Assembly: GCA_015067675.1 (NCBI GenBank)
Contig: SVMB01000003.1
Coordinates: 7,594-71,593 of the forward strand
Direction: 5' to 3'
Length of the DNA: 64,000 nucleotides
Source: Oscillospiraceae bacterium
GTDB lineage: Bacteria > Bacillota > Clostridia > Oscillospirales > QAMX01
Under the pieces are notes generated by a model. That model was not told the DNA's origin and made no database searches. It saw only the letters and a list, made by a program, of their open reading frames with translations. This document shows positions 35,876 through 45,739 of this stretch, piece after piece. Every line of letters begins with the position of its first letter. Within the stretch, counting starts at the first letter, position 1. The position numbers and the translations under genes were made by a program.

Positions 35876-38239
35876 ATGAACTTTCCAAAATCCGATTACA
35901 CCTACTGTGCCCACGATACGCTGGAAGCGCTCAGTTCCCCTCCGGTGGATTTCTGGCCGACCTACTCCTGGAGTTGGTGCGGCGAGATCCTCGATGAAGG
36001 CATCATCGAGCGGCTGGATTCCATGGCCAAGCGCGGCATCCGCCGCCTCTACGTGCTCCCCATCCCGCAGGAATTTGTCAGTTATCCGGTTCCCGGTGAA
36101 AAGCCCTACCTGTCCGAAGAATACCTTGCCCAGCTTCGCTTTGCGGTGACCGAGGCCGAAAAGCGCGGCATGCGGGTATGGATGTACGACGAAGGTGGTT
36201 GGCCCTCCGGTGCTGCCAACGGCCGCGTGGTCAAGGAACACCCGGAGCTTGCCGCATGGTCCATCGATGTAAACCATGACCGTCATCTCATCCCCTCCAT
36301 CGTCCAGCCCTATCCGGATCTGCTCAACCGCCGTTCCACCGAGCTTTTCATCGAATATGTCCATGAAAAGTACAAAAAAGCCTTTGATAATCGCTACGGC
36401 GAGCACTTTGCCGTCACGTTCACCGACGAACCCCACGTGCGCACGTTTGATGAGGAGACACTGCCCTGGACCGAAGACTTTGACGAGCTGTTCCGGGCAA
36501 AGTTCGGCTACGACATTGGCGCCCATCTGCCCCAGCTCTTTGACCTGACCATGACCGATCCCAAGTCCCGCAAAGTCCGCGCCGACTATCACGATCTGGT
36601 GGGCGAGCTCTTTGCCGAGAACTACTTTATGCCGCTGCGCGACTGGTGCCGCGCCAACGGCTCCCTCTCCTCCGGTCATGTCGGTGGTGACGACGTTGCC
36701 TTCGGCAATGCCAAGTGGGGATTCCACCACATTCTGCGCGTACTGCGTGCCATGGACGTGCCCGGCGTGGATATCATCTGGCGTCAGGCCTTCCCTGCCC
36801 CTGAACAGGAACGCGTGGAACCCTATGCGCCGCTTTGCAGAAACAGCTTCTTCCCCCGTTACGCCTCCTCCGCCGCTCACCAGACCGGTGCACGCCTTGC
36901 GCTCACCGAATCCTATGCCATCTACGGTCCCGGACTCACCTTCGACCAGATGCGCTGGGTCTACAATTTCCAGGTCGTGCGCGGCCTCAACGTCCTCAAC
37001 CCCATGAACATGTCCTACACCTATGAGGATATGCGCGGCGGCTACGTGGGTATGCCCTCTTTTGCCCCCGAGGGCGTGGATTCCGTCGATCTGTCCGCTT
37101 TCAACCTCTGGGCAGCCCGGGTCAACTACCTCATGTCCGCGGGTAAACCCATCGCAGATGCGGCGATCTATATGCCTTTTCGTGATATCTGGCCCGGCGA
37201 CGACGAGGCGCAGGCCGCAGCAGAGCTCTTTGAAGATACAGGCTCCGCCCTTGAGCGCCGCGGCTGCGACATCGATATCATCGACGACGATGCCATTCTG
37301 GCAGCCTCCATCGAAAACGGCAGACTCGTCATCGGCAACGCCGCCTACGCCATCCTCTACATCCAGCCCGGTGCAAACCTCCCCTCCGACGTAAAAAACC
37401 GCCTGGATGCCTTTGTTCAGTCCGGCGGTCGGATCATCACCGCCGAAGATGGCTGCCCTGTGGAGCCCATCATCGCCTCCGATACCTCCGACCTGCGTGC
37501 CACCCGCCGCACGATCGCCGAGGGCACGGTCTATTACCTGACCAATGAAGCCTTCGGTCCCGTGACCGGCGAGGTCACATTCCCCCGCGAGTCGGCAGGC
37601 TTTGCCATTGCCGTTGACCTGCTGACCGGCGAGCGTACCTCCGTGTCCGTACAGCCTTATCGGTATGACCTGTCCCTTGGCGGCGAGGCCGTACTGCTCT
37701 TCCCCACAGAGCCTGTGACGGCGGCGGCTCCTGTTCCTGCCGTACCTGCCAACGTCTGTGAACTCACCGACTTCACCCTGCGTCCCCTGCGCCGCGTGAC
37801 CATGAGCCCCGAAGGCATTAAGAGCACGTATCCCACGGCAGATGCCGTTGCGGTGAGCCTGGGAGACTGGCAGAAGGTATTGGGAAATACCTTCTCAGGC
37901 GACGGCGAATACGTGACGGCGTTTGATCTGGCCGACGGCATGACCGACGGTATGCTCCTTGATCTAGGACAGGTCAACTACTCCTGTGAGGTATTCCTCA
38001 ACGGTGAGAGCATGGGCAAGCGGATCTACTCACCCTACCGATTTGAGCTGAAGGGACTGCGCGACCACAATGAGCTGCGCATCCGTGTGACCAATACCTT
38101 TGCCAACGCCTACGCCGACACGCACTACGAGGAATGGTTCCCGGGCTATGAGCCGGATCTGCTGATCCGGCTGCAGAGAGGCTTCATGACCGATTCCTTC
38201 CCCAGCGGCCTGTTCGGTCCGGTGAAACTGAAGTGGTAA
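35876..38239 (+). CDS. GH106-like glycoside hydrolase with C-terminal GH2-like sugar-binding domain
   Basis: WMYDEGGWPSG, FTDEP, LPWT, WC..NG...SGH, DVPGVD, LDLGQV, NELRIRVTNT, SGLFGPV. Confidence 0.75.
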   Translation: MNFPKSDYTYCAHDTLEALSSPPVDFWPTYSWSWCGEILDEGIIERLDSMAKRGIRRLYVLPIPQEFVSYPVPGEKPYLSEEYLAQLRFAVTEAEKRGMRVWMYDEGGWPSGAANGRVVKEHPELAAWSIDVNHDRHLIPSIVQPYPDLLNRRSTELFIEYVHEKYKKAFDNRYGEHFAVTFTDEPHVRTFDEETLPWTEDFDELFRAKFGYDIGAHLPQLFDLTMTDPKSRKVRADYHDLVGELFAENYFMPLRDWCRANGSLSSGHVGGDDVAFGNAKWGFHHILRVLRAMDVPGVDIIWRQAFPAPEQERVEPYAPLCRNSFFPRYASSAAHQTGARLALTESYAIYGPGLTFDQMRWVYNFQVVRGLNVLNPMNMSYTYEDMRGGYVGMPSFAPEGVDSVDLSAFNLWAARVNYLMSAGKPIADAAIYMPFRDIWPGDDEAQAAAELFEDTGSALERRGCDIDIIDDDAILAASIENGRLVIGNAAYAILYIQPGANLPSDVKNRLDAFVQSGGRIITAEDGCPVEPIIASDTSDLRATRRTIAEGTVYYLTNEAFGPVTGEVTFPRESAGFAIAVDLLTGERTSVSVQPYRYDLSLGGEAVLLFPTEPVTAAAPVPAVPANVCELTDFTLRPLRRVTMSPEGIKSTYPTADAVAVSLGDWQKVLGNTFSGDGEYVTAFDLADGMTDGMLLDLGQVNYSCEVFLNGESMGKRIYSPYRFELKGLRDHNELRIRVTNTFANAYADTHYEEWFPGYEPDLLIRLQRGFMTDSFPSGLFGPVKLKW

Positions 38240-38246
38240 ATCAATC

Positions 38247-38286
38247 AAAAAGCGCTGTGAGTCCGTTTGGATCCACAGCGCTTTTT
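38247..38286. terminator. Bidirectional terminator
   Basis: AAAAAGCGCTGTG...CACAGCGCTTTTT. Confidence 0.8.
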
Positions 38287-38292
38287 CAATGT

Positions 38293-39969
38293 TTATGCTT
38301 CCACGGTTACGCGGATGCCCTCCGGGGCATTGACCACGGTCTTGACGCTGCCGTCGGGCTGACGCTCATGCCGCACGCGCAGTTCGCCCTTCGCCGTCGG
38401 ATAGCTACCCTCCACCCACGAAAGCGTACCCAGCTGCGGTTTCACCGTAAAGGTCACGGCATCCGTCGGACGCACGCCCAGCACATACCGGCTCAGGAAC
38501 GCCGTCGGGCCTGCCGCCCAGCCGTGGCACAGGCTGTGCCGGAATCCCACATAGCAGTAGGCACCCCGGTCACCGTGCAGATCCTCCACGCCATCCGGCG
38601 TGATCTCGTCAATGCGTCCGGCGTTCTCCAGCCAGTCGAGGCTGAAATCCTCCCAGAAGCTGGTGGCGCCCCGCTCGATCATCGCGCCCCAGAACTCACG
38701 CATATCCGCCAGCGCCGCATCAATATGCCCCAATTCCGCCAGCGCACACAGCGTATAGTAGCCCCAGAAGGTGGAAAGACCCTGTGCGCCGCCATCCAGC
38801 AGCGCTGCCTCGGCTTTCTTCCGGTCTCCCACGCCGCCCAGGCTCGCGGTAGCCGTCGCCTGCTTGTTGCCGTTGCAGCCGGGATCGTACTTCGTCAGAC
38901 GCTGGGCTGCATCACGGGCAAGCTGCGCCGTTTCTTCTTCGCCCAGCACCTCCAACAGATACACCGCGTCTAAGAGTCCCAGCCGCGCATGACCCTGCAG
39001 GCCCTCGTACCGTGCCGGGATGTTGGAGCTTGACGGCCATTCGATGAACGGCGGGTTTTCAAGACGGATGCGTCCGTCCTCATCGATCAGGCCGCACAGC
39101 AGCTTCGTCAGTTCCCGCAGGTAGTCCTGCTGCTGCCGCAGATAAGCGATGTCGCCCCAGTGGCGGTACCAGTCGGCATGGTTGCGGATCCACCAGAGGG
39201 AGTAGGATTCGATGTTGTTGATGTAGCCCGGCAAGGGCGTGAAGTCGCGGGCGAAGTCCATGCTCTTTTCCACCACGTCCGCCTTGCCGAATACCGCCAG
39301 AATCGTGGAAACCTCCGGGCCCATGTCGCCCAGCCACACAAGCCTGTCACGCTTGATACCGTCCCAGACGTAATCCTGCATACAAAGCTGGACGGTGTAG
39401 GCGCCAACCTTCCAGATTCTGTTAATCATGTCATCAGAGCAGGAGAAGCTGCCCACATAGGGCAGATCACGGATGCGCAGGATGGCGATGACGTTTTCAA
39501 GAATCAGTTCAGTATGAGGCGTGAGCAGGTCGATGCGCACAAACCGGAAGCCCGTCGGCCCGATTTCCGGCATATAGAGCCAGTCCACGTCGATGATCTG
39601 ATCGCGGTTGATGTGGTCGTTGGTGGCGTTCTTCTCACCAATTTCGGCCATAGCCTCGTTAACCGACTCGCCGAAGCGCACCCGGATATCGGCGCGGCAG
39701 CGCTCGCCGGTCTGCAGGCTGCGCACGTTCTGGATAATCGGCCGCACAAGGCCATGAAGCTCCGAACCGAAGTCGATCACCACGGAGGCGGGCTCATCGC
39801 CGCTCTTCATGACGCACTTGCCGCGCACACGGTCAAAAGAAGTCTGGTGCAGAGTATTGCCGATGAACACCTCGGCGCCGGTTACGTCGCCGCAGGTCCA
39901 CATCACGCGTGTCGCCGGTACAAAACGGGAGGAAATGTCGGCAGCAATGCCGGGAACGGGTGTATTCAT
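38293..39969 (-). CDS. Alpha-L-rhamnosidase (GH78)
   Basis: DFG.E, GFRFV, WDGIKRDRLVWLGD, GATSFWE, SLCHGWAAGP. Confidence 0.9.
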   Translation of the reverse strand: MNTPVPGIAADISSRFVPATRVMWTCGDVTGAEVFIGNTLHQTSFDRVRGKCVMKSGDEPASVVIDFGSELHGLVRPIIQNVRSLQTGERCRADIRVRFGESVNEAMAEIGEKNATNDHINRDQIIDVDWLYMPEIGPTGFRFVRIDLLTPHTELILENVIAILRIRDLPYVGSFSCSDDMINRIWKVGAYTVQLCMQDYVWDGIKRDRLVWLGDMGPEVSTILAVFGKADVVEKSMDFARDFTPLPGYINNIESYSLWWIRNHADWYRHWGDIAYLRQQQDYLRELTKLLCGLIDEDGRIRLENPPFIEWPSSSNIPARYEGLQGHARLGLLDAVYLLEVLGEEETAQLARDAAQRLTKYDPGCNGNKQATATASLGGVGDRKKAEAALLDGGAQGLSTFWGYYTLCALAELGHIDAALADMREFWGAMIERGATSFWEDFSLDWLENAGRIDEITPDGVEDLHGDRGAYCYVGFRHSLCHGWAAGPTAFLSRYVLGVRPTDAVTFTVKPQLGTLSWVEGSYPTAKGELRVRHERQPDGSVKTVVNAPEGIRVTVEA

Positions 39970-39991
39970 AGTATTACGTCCTTTCTCAAGA

Positions 39992-41335
39992 TCAGTCGGT
40001 CACGATTTCCACAGTGCGAATTCCCTTATGCTTCACGCCCGCATCGTCCGGGACATAGAAATCGCTGTAGGCAAGCAGGGCACGGTTATCATCCAGCGGC
40101 AGGATCGTGCAGTTGCAGCAGCTGCCTGCCCACTGGTGGAAATTCGGATGCTCCGGCGGATTATTGGCGAGCTTTGAGCGGTCGGTATCGGGCATGACCT
40201 CCACCACTTCATCCCAGGTATGGCCGCAATCGCGGCTGGCGTATACATAAATGCCCGGTCGGGTAATCGCCGCCAGTGTCACGCCGTTTGCAAGCTGCAG
40301 AAGCTGCGGCAGCGCCCCGCGATCCTTGAAGTACACCGGCTTTTCCCAGGTACTGCCGCCGTCGTATGAGCGTGAAAGATAGGTCGGCCCCCATTCCGGC
40401 GCACCCTGAAACACATCACAGGTACGCAGCAGGGAAAGCATCGAACCGTCGGGCATGAAGGCAAGACTTGCCTCCGAAAAACCCGACTGCAGATGGGCAT
40501 AGGGATCCTTTTCCTCGTCCGGCTCCTTATAGGGGATATATCCCCGCAGCTTCCAGGTATAACCGTTGTCATCGGAGCGCAGGACATAGGAATTGGTGGT
40601 GCCCTCATAGACACCGGTGAAAGGATTGGCGCCGCATCCGCGGTAATGTGCCAGGTAGAGTGAGCCGTCGGGCGCCACTACCACGTCGCTGTCAGAGTAA
40701 AGTCCGGCGTTATTGAGCATGACCTCTTCCAGATCGGTGCGCGTGGCATGAGAGGGCCGGAAACTGACAATGGTACGGTACTTCCAGTCCACGTCGGCGT
40801 AGACGTAACGGCTTTCGGTCTCGCCGTTATTCAGCCTTGAGAAGCAAAAACGCTTTTCAATGAGCTTATCCGGGATGGTATCCAGCCAGTAGACCTTGCT
40901 GATGCCTCCCCAGACATTGCAGGTCAGCGTGATCGGATGAGGCAGCGTATTATCATCCTCGGGCAGCACAGGATCGAGCGTATCCGCAGGATTGCGGTAA
41001 TTGCCAAAGCGCCAGGGGGATTCCTTTACGCCGATCAGGCTTGCCGGCAGATTGGGATGGGAGCGGAGCACATCGCCGTTTGGCAGCTGGGTACCCATCA
41101 TTGCCCGGTCTGCCATGGTCGCTGCACGCCATGTGACGCCTTTATCTTCCGTGACCAGCCACTTGCCTGCGGTATCACCGTCAAATGCAACCCAGGAGTC
41201 ATCGTCATCGTGAATGTAGAGGCCGATATTGCCGTTTCGCATGGGATGGAGTTTTGGAAACTGCACCCAACCCCAGGACAGATTCTCCATCGTATCGCCC
41301 AGATAGACGACACGGTCATTTTCCTTTCGAATCAT
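39992..41335 (-). CDS. Sialidase-like BNR/Asp-box protein
   Basis: Asp boxes TEDKGVTW, SDDNGYTW, SYDGGSTW, SRDCGHTW; FSEASL. Confidence 0.75.
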   Translation of the reverse strand: MIRKENDRVVYLGDTMENLSWGWVQFPKLHPMRNGNIGLYIHDDDDSWVAFDGDTAGKWLVTEDKGVTWRAATMADRAMMGTQLPNGDVLRSHPNLPASLIGVKESPWRFGNYRNPADTLDPVLPEDDNTLPHPITLTCNVWGGISKVYWLDTIPDKLIEKRFCFSRLNNGETESRYVYADVDWKYRTIVSFRPSHATRTDLEEVMLNNAGLYSDSDVVVAPDGSLYLAHYRGCGANPFTGVYEGTTNSYVLRSDDNGYTWKLRGYIPYKEPDEEKDPYAHLQSGFSEASLAFMPDGSMLSLLRTCDVFQGAPEWGPTYLSRSYDGGSTWEKPVYFKDRGALPQLLQLANGVTLAAITRPGIYVYASRDCGHTWDEVVEVMPDTDRSKLANNPPEHPNFHQWAGSCCNCTILPLDDNRALLAYSDFYVPDDAGVKHKGIRTVEIVTD

Positions 41336-41353
41336 TGCTGCTTCCTCAATTAT

Positions 41354-43255
41354 TCAAAAAGCTCTCTTATCCATACGCAGCGTTACGCTGTGCTTTACCG
41401 TCGCCAGCCGAGGATCGCGGAATGCCTCCTGCACCACTTCCTCACCGATGACCGCGACACGGCTGTCATCCAACAGGAGGTTTGCAGGGCTTGTCACCTG
41501 CCCCGTGATGCCCGTCACGCCGGAGGGTTCAAAGACACCGGCTGCGTTGTGCACATCCGCATGGGCAATATACATCGCGCCGTAGCCCCAGATCTCGATT
41601 TTGCAGGAAACCGGCGTTTTTTCCGCGTCCATAGCGTAGTTGAGCATGAACGCGGGACTTCTCAGCGCACGGCTCTTGAGCACGCCGCCGTTTTCCAGAA
41701 CCTCGGACGTGCCGTCGGCATAAGTCAGCGTGATTGCCGTCTTCGGTGCGGTGGTCTGGTCGGGCATGATGATATGTATCTCAAACCGTCCGGTCTCGCC
41801 CAACATCGCACGCTGGGCAAGAGCCCGCAGCCGTTCAATCGAACCCAGCAGCCCTTCAAACTTTGCCGTCAGATCAGGACAGGCAAGCCCCGGGCGCACG
41901 TGCTCCCAGAGCGTCACCTGCGCGTCGTACATCTTCTGCGCAGTCTCACGGCAGGCATCCAGCTCGGCGCATACCGCCGCCATGTCCTCCTCACAGTCGC
42001 CGCTGCGATGGTCAAACACCTCCTGTCCCAGCCGGTGCAGCGTCCCTTCCAGCACGGCATATTCAGCCCGGTGGCGGAATGCCTCGGCGTAGTCGGGATC
42101 CACCCCCGCTTCCAGCTCCCGCAGTCTTGCCAGGATAAAGGAAGCCCTGACGTAATAGCTCTCGTCAGCCTCGGTAAAGGGCTGGATTTTCTTTGACACG
42201 TCTGCGGAGTAACCGCATTTGGTACAGAAGATCAGCGACTCGGCAGCCGCAGCAGCGTAGGCGTCCGAGCAGGGTGTCACCTGCTGCACGGCCTTAATCA
42301 GCCGTCCACGGTGGTCATTCTTCATCACGCCCTGCCAGTAAAGCCCCGCCTGCACGATCAGCGGCTCGAGGATATGCAGCGGCTCCCGGGACATCTCCCA
42401 GGTGGTCATGAACATACCCAGAGGCTTATGCCGGCGGGCATATTCGGTGATGGAATTGGTATTCCATAGCCCGCTCCAGGGGCAGAGCAGATAGGAAAAG
42501 CCCAGCTCGTCGTAGTGATCCAGCGCATCAATCCGGCGGGAGTTGTTGAACTGACCGTCGGGACGGCGGGAGATATAGCCGTAATGCCAGGCACAGAGCA
42601 CAATATCCCGTGGGATGGCGGTGAGGGTCTCGGGGCATTCCTCAAACATATCGTCCCACATCATCAGGGTCTTGCCAAGGCGGGCAAGGAGTGCATGGGT
42701 ATGGAGAATATGAGGTGTCAGCAACGCGTGCAGTCCCTGATCGCCCATCCTTTCCCGGCAGAGCACGCACTGACCCATGTCGAAAATCTCGTCCAGTCCC
42801 ACGTGGAAGTATTTGGACTTGAACATCGCCGCCACTTCCTCGATATAGCGGTCAAAAAAGGCATAGGTCTCGGGCAGCTCAGGGCAGACGGTGTTCATCG
42901 CGCCCTCTCCGGGAGGAGAAAAGCGTCCGGCGATGCCGCCGCGGCGCTCGGCGAGATGGGCAAGCTCCGGATGGCGCAGGAAGCGCTCCGTATGGCCGTA
43001 ATTGGACACCACCGGCACCAGTTCGATGCCCAGCGCGTCTGCGTGGGCATGAATCTGTGCGATCTGAGCGGGAGAGTAGCTCTCCGCGTCGTCGCAGTAG
43101 GGATAGGAGGGCGTTTTGATGCGATCCTCCAGATAGAGCACCACCATGTTCATGCCGCAGCCGGCAGCCAGATCCAGCAGGCGGCAGACGGTCTCCACGG
43201 TTTCAATCTGACGGGCAAGGTCAAGCTGCAATGCGCGGATTTTTCCCAGATTCAT
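41354..43255 (-). CDS. GH20 hexosaminidase-like protein
   Basis: LQLDLAR, GHTE, FHVGLDE (catalytic DE pair), MMWDDM, WHY. Confidence 0.82.
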   Translation of the reverse strand: MNLGKIRALQLDLARQIETVETVCRLLDLAAGCGMNMVVLYLEDRIKTPSYPYCDDAESYSPAQIAQIHAHADALGIELVPVVSNYGHTERFLRHPELAHLAERRGGIAGRFSPPGEGAMNTVCPELPETYAFFDRYIEEVAAMFKSKYFHVGLDEIFDMGQCVLCRERMGDQGLHALLTPHILHTHALLARLGKTLMMWDDMFEECPETLTAIPRDIVLCAWHYGYISRRPDGQFNNSRRIDALDHYDELGFSYLLCPWSGLWNTNSITEYARRHKPLGMFMTTWEMSREPLHILEPLIVQAGLYWQGVMKNDHRGRLIKAVQQVTPCSDAYAAAAAESLIFCTKCGYSADVSKKIQPFTEADESYYVRASFILARLRELEAGVDPDYAEAFRHRAEYAVLEGTLHRLGQEVFDHRSGDCEEDMAAVCAELDACRETAQKMYDAQVTLWEHVRPGLACPDLTAKFEGLLGSIERLRALAQRAMLGETGRFEIHIIMPDQTTAPKTAITLTYADGTSEVLENGGVLKSRALRSPAFMLNYAMDAEKTPVSCKIEIWGYGAMYIAHADVHNAAGVFEPSGVTGITGQVTSPANLLLDDSRVAVIGEEVVQEAFRDPRLATVKHSVTLRMDKRAF

Positions 43256-43436
43256 GACAGATTCCTCCTCATCGCAATACCGGCAGACCGCCGGGATAAC
43301 TTTGAGTTCAGTATAACACAGGCAAAAGCATTATGCCACCGTTTTTTATGGTTTCTTTATGAAACCGCTTGTGGTATACTGGAACGGGAAGCGTTTGGCT
43401 TCTCCACTATTTCACCGGAAACGAGGTACATTTTAT

Positions 43437-44066
43437 ATGTCCCGCTGTGTGATCATATCCGGCTCTCCGGACTGCACCTTCTTCCCCGCGCTTCGTCCCG
43501 ACGATTACGTCATCGCCTGCGACTACGGCCTGCACCATGCCCACCGGGCGGGGATCAGACCCAATCTTCTGGTCGGCGACTTTGACTCCTTCCACGATCT
43601 CCCCGACGCCGATATTCCCACCCTGCGGGTCAAGCCCGAAAAGGACGACACCGATACCGGCCTTGCCGTACAGCAGGGCATGAAGCTGGGCTACCGGGAC
43701 TTCTATATTCTCGGTGCCCTGGGCGGTCGGCTTGACCATCAACTGGCAAACCTGCACACCGCCGCGTCGATTGCCCTCTCGGGCGGCCGCTGCGTACTGG
43801 AAAGCGATGACACGCTGGTCTGTACCGTGCACAACGACGAGCTGATCGTTCCCCGGCGCACCGGCTGGGCGCTGTCGGTCTTTGCCTGGGGCGGAGAAGC
43901 CCGTGGGGTGGATCTGGAAAACGTCAAGTATTCCCTGCAGGGCGCATCCCTCTCCTGCGACTATCCCATCGGCGTGAGCAACGAGTTTGAGGCGGAGACC
44001 GCCGTCATCCGTGTACGCGACGGGCTGCTGTTTGTGGTGCTGTCGGACCGTTCTCATGAAAAGTAG
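43437..44066 (+). CDS. thiN: Thiamine diphosphokinase
   Basis: IACDYG, VGDFDS, EKDDTDT, GALGGRLDH, GVSNE. Confidence 0.93.
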   Translation: MSRCVIISGSPDCTFFPALRPDDYVIACDYGLHHAHRAGIRPNLLVGDFDSFHDLPDADIPTLRVKPEKDDTDTGLAVQQGMKLGYRDFYILGALGGRLDHQLANLHTAASIALSGGRCVLESDDTLVCTVHNDELIVPRRTGWALSVFAWGGEARGVDLENVKYSLQGASLSCDYPIGVSNEFEAETAVIRVRDGLLFVVLSDRSHEK

Positions 44067-44085
44067 TGATTCGGAGGTTTTATCC

Positions 44086-44856
44086 GTGAAAAAGCACATT
44101 GCCGTCATCACCGGCGCATCCTCCGGCATAGGCGCGGAGTTTGCCCGTCAGCTTGCCGTCGGTCATGCACCGGAAGAATTCTGGCTCATTGCCCGCCGTG
44201 CAGACCGCCTGCAGGCGCTGGCAGAAGAATTAAAAACGCCCTGCCGGGTACTGCCGCTTGATCTGACAGATCCCGCTGCAGCAGATGATTATGCGCAGCT
44301 TCTGCGGGATGAGGAGGTCTGCGTGGACTGGCTCATCTGCGCCGCCGGTTTTGGCAAGATGGGCAGCTTCGACGAGGTCTCTCCCCGCGACGTGGAGGAT
44401 ATGATCGATCTCAACGTCAAAGCTCTGGTGCGCATGACCTATGCAACGCTTCCCTTTATGGAGCGCGGCGGTCATATTGTGGAGCTTGGTTCCTCTTCCA
44501 GCTTCTTCCCCCTGCCCTACTTCAACATTTACGCCTCCACCAAGGCATTTGTCGTCCACTTTGCCGCCGGTCTGCACGAGGAACTGCGTCCCCGGGGTAT
44601 CAGTGTCACGTCGGTGAGCCCCGGCTGGGTCAAAACCGACTTCTTCTCTGTCGCCGAGCAGGGTTCTGCCCATCAGCCCCGGCAGTATAAGCCCATGTTC
44701 TCCGCCGAAGCGGTGGTGCGCACCGCTCTGCGGGATGCTTCCCGCGGCCGCATGACCTCGGTCTGCGGACTCTTCCCCAAGCTGCACAGGCTTGCCGGCA
44801 AAATCCTGCCCAACCGCATCCTGCAGGCCATGTGGAAGAATATGCGCGGTGAATGA
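44086..44856 (+). CDS. SDR family oxidoreductase
   Basis: TGASSGIG, ARR, YASTK, PGWVKTDF. Confidence 0.92.
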   Translation: MKKHIAVITGASSGIGAEFARQLAVGHAPEEFWLIARRADRLQALAEELKTPCRVLPLDLTDPAAADDYAQLLRDEEVCVDWLICAAGFGKMGSFDEVSPRDVEDMIDLNVKALVRMTYATLPFMERGGHIVELGSSSSFFPLPYFNIYASTKAFVVHFAAGLHEELRPRGISVTSVSPGWVKTDFFSVAEQGSAHQPRQYKPMFSAEAVVRTALRDASRGRMTSVCGLFPKLHRLAGKILPNRILQAMWKNMRGE

Positions 44857-44864
44857 TCTCTGTA

Positions 44865-44893
44865 TTGCATTCCCCCGGGAATCGTGCTATACT
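44865..44893 (+). promoter_or_regulatory. sigmaA promoter
   Basis: TTGCAT-N17-TATACT with extended TG. Confidence 0.7.
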
Positions 44894-44953
44894 GTTCCCA
44901 TCCGGTAAAAATATCCATTTTTCGGTCAGGTTTAAATTTTTCAGGAGGAAACA

Positions 44954-45739
44954 ATGAAAAAAGTTCTTCTCGCACTGATTGACGGTATGCGTCCCGACGG
45001 CATGATCGCCGCCGGTCATCCCTTCACCAAAAAGCTCATGGAAGAGGGAGCTTCCTCTCTCAATACCACCACAGTATTCCCCTCCGTGACCCTGCCCTGT
45101 CATATGTCGCTGTTCCATTCCGTGCCGCCCACACGTCACGGTACCACTACCAACACTTATATGCCCCAGGTTCGCCCGGTCAACGGCATCTGTGAGCAGC
45201 TTGCCGCTGCCGGCAAGACCAGCGCCATCTTCTATAACTGGGAGCAGCAGAAGGATCTGGCCCGTCCCGGTTCGCTTTGCACCTCCGCTTTCTTTGCAGG
45301 CCGCACCTTCGGCTACGACGTGGCAAATGAGATGGTCACCGACGCCGCCATCGCCTGCGTAAGGCACTGTGCCCCGGACTTCATCTTCCTCTATCTTGGT
45401 TATACAGATGAAGAAGGTCACGCTTACGGCTGGATGGGAGAGGAGTACCTAGCCTCCATCCGTCAGTCCTTTGACTGCATCGAGCGCGCCGCAGCAGCTC
45501 TCGGTGATGAATACACCGTCATCGTCACCGCCGACCACGGCGGTCATGACCGTGGTCACGGCACCGAGCTGCCTGAAGATATGACCATCCCGCTGATCGT
45601 ACGCGGCGCCGATTTCCCCGCCGGATCCGCCTTTGAGGATACCTCCATCCTTGACATCGCTCCCACGATTGCCGAACTGGTGGGCGCTCCCTGCGCCCGT
45701 GAGTGGGAAGGAAAGAGTCTGGTGGGACGCGCAAAATGA
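44954..45739 (+). CDS. Alkaline-phosphatase-superfamily phosphodiesterase (NPP-like)
   Basis: IDGMRPD, PSVTLPCH (Thr nucleophile), DEEGH, TADHGGH..GHG. Confidence 0.85.
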   Translation: MKKVLLALIDGMRPDGMIAAGHPFTKKLMEEGASSLNTTTVFPSVTLPCHMSLFHSVPPTRHGTTTNTYMPQVRPVNGICEQLAAAGKTSAIFYNWEQQKDLARPGSLCTSAFFAGRTFGYDVANEMVTDAAIACVRHCAPDFIFLYLGYTDEEGHAYGWMGEEYLASIRQSFDCIERAAAALGDEYTVIVTADHGGHDRGHGTELPEDMTIPLIVRGADFPAGSAFEDTSILDIAPTIAELVGAPCAREWEGKSLVGRAK

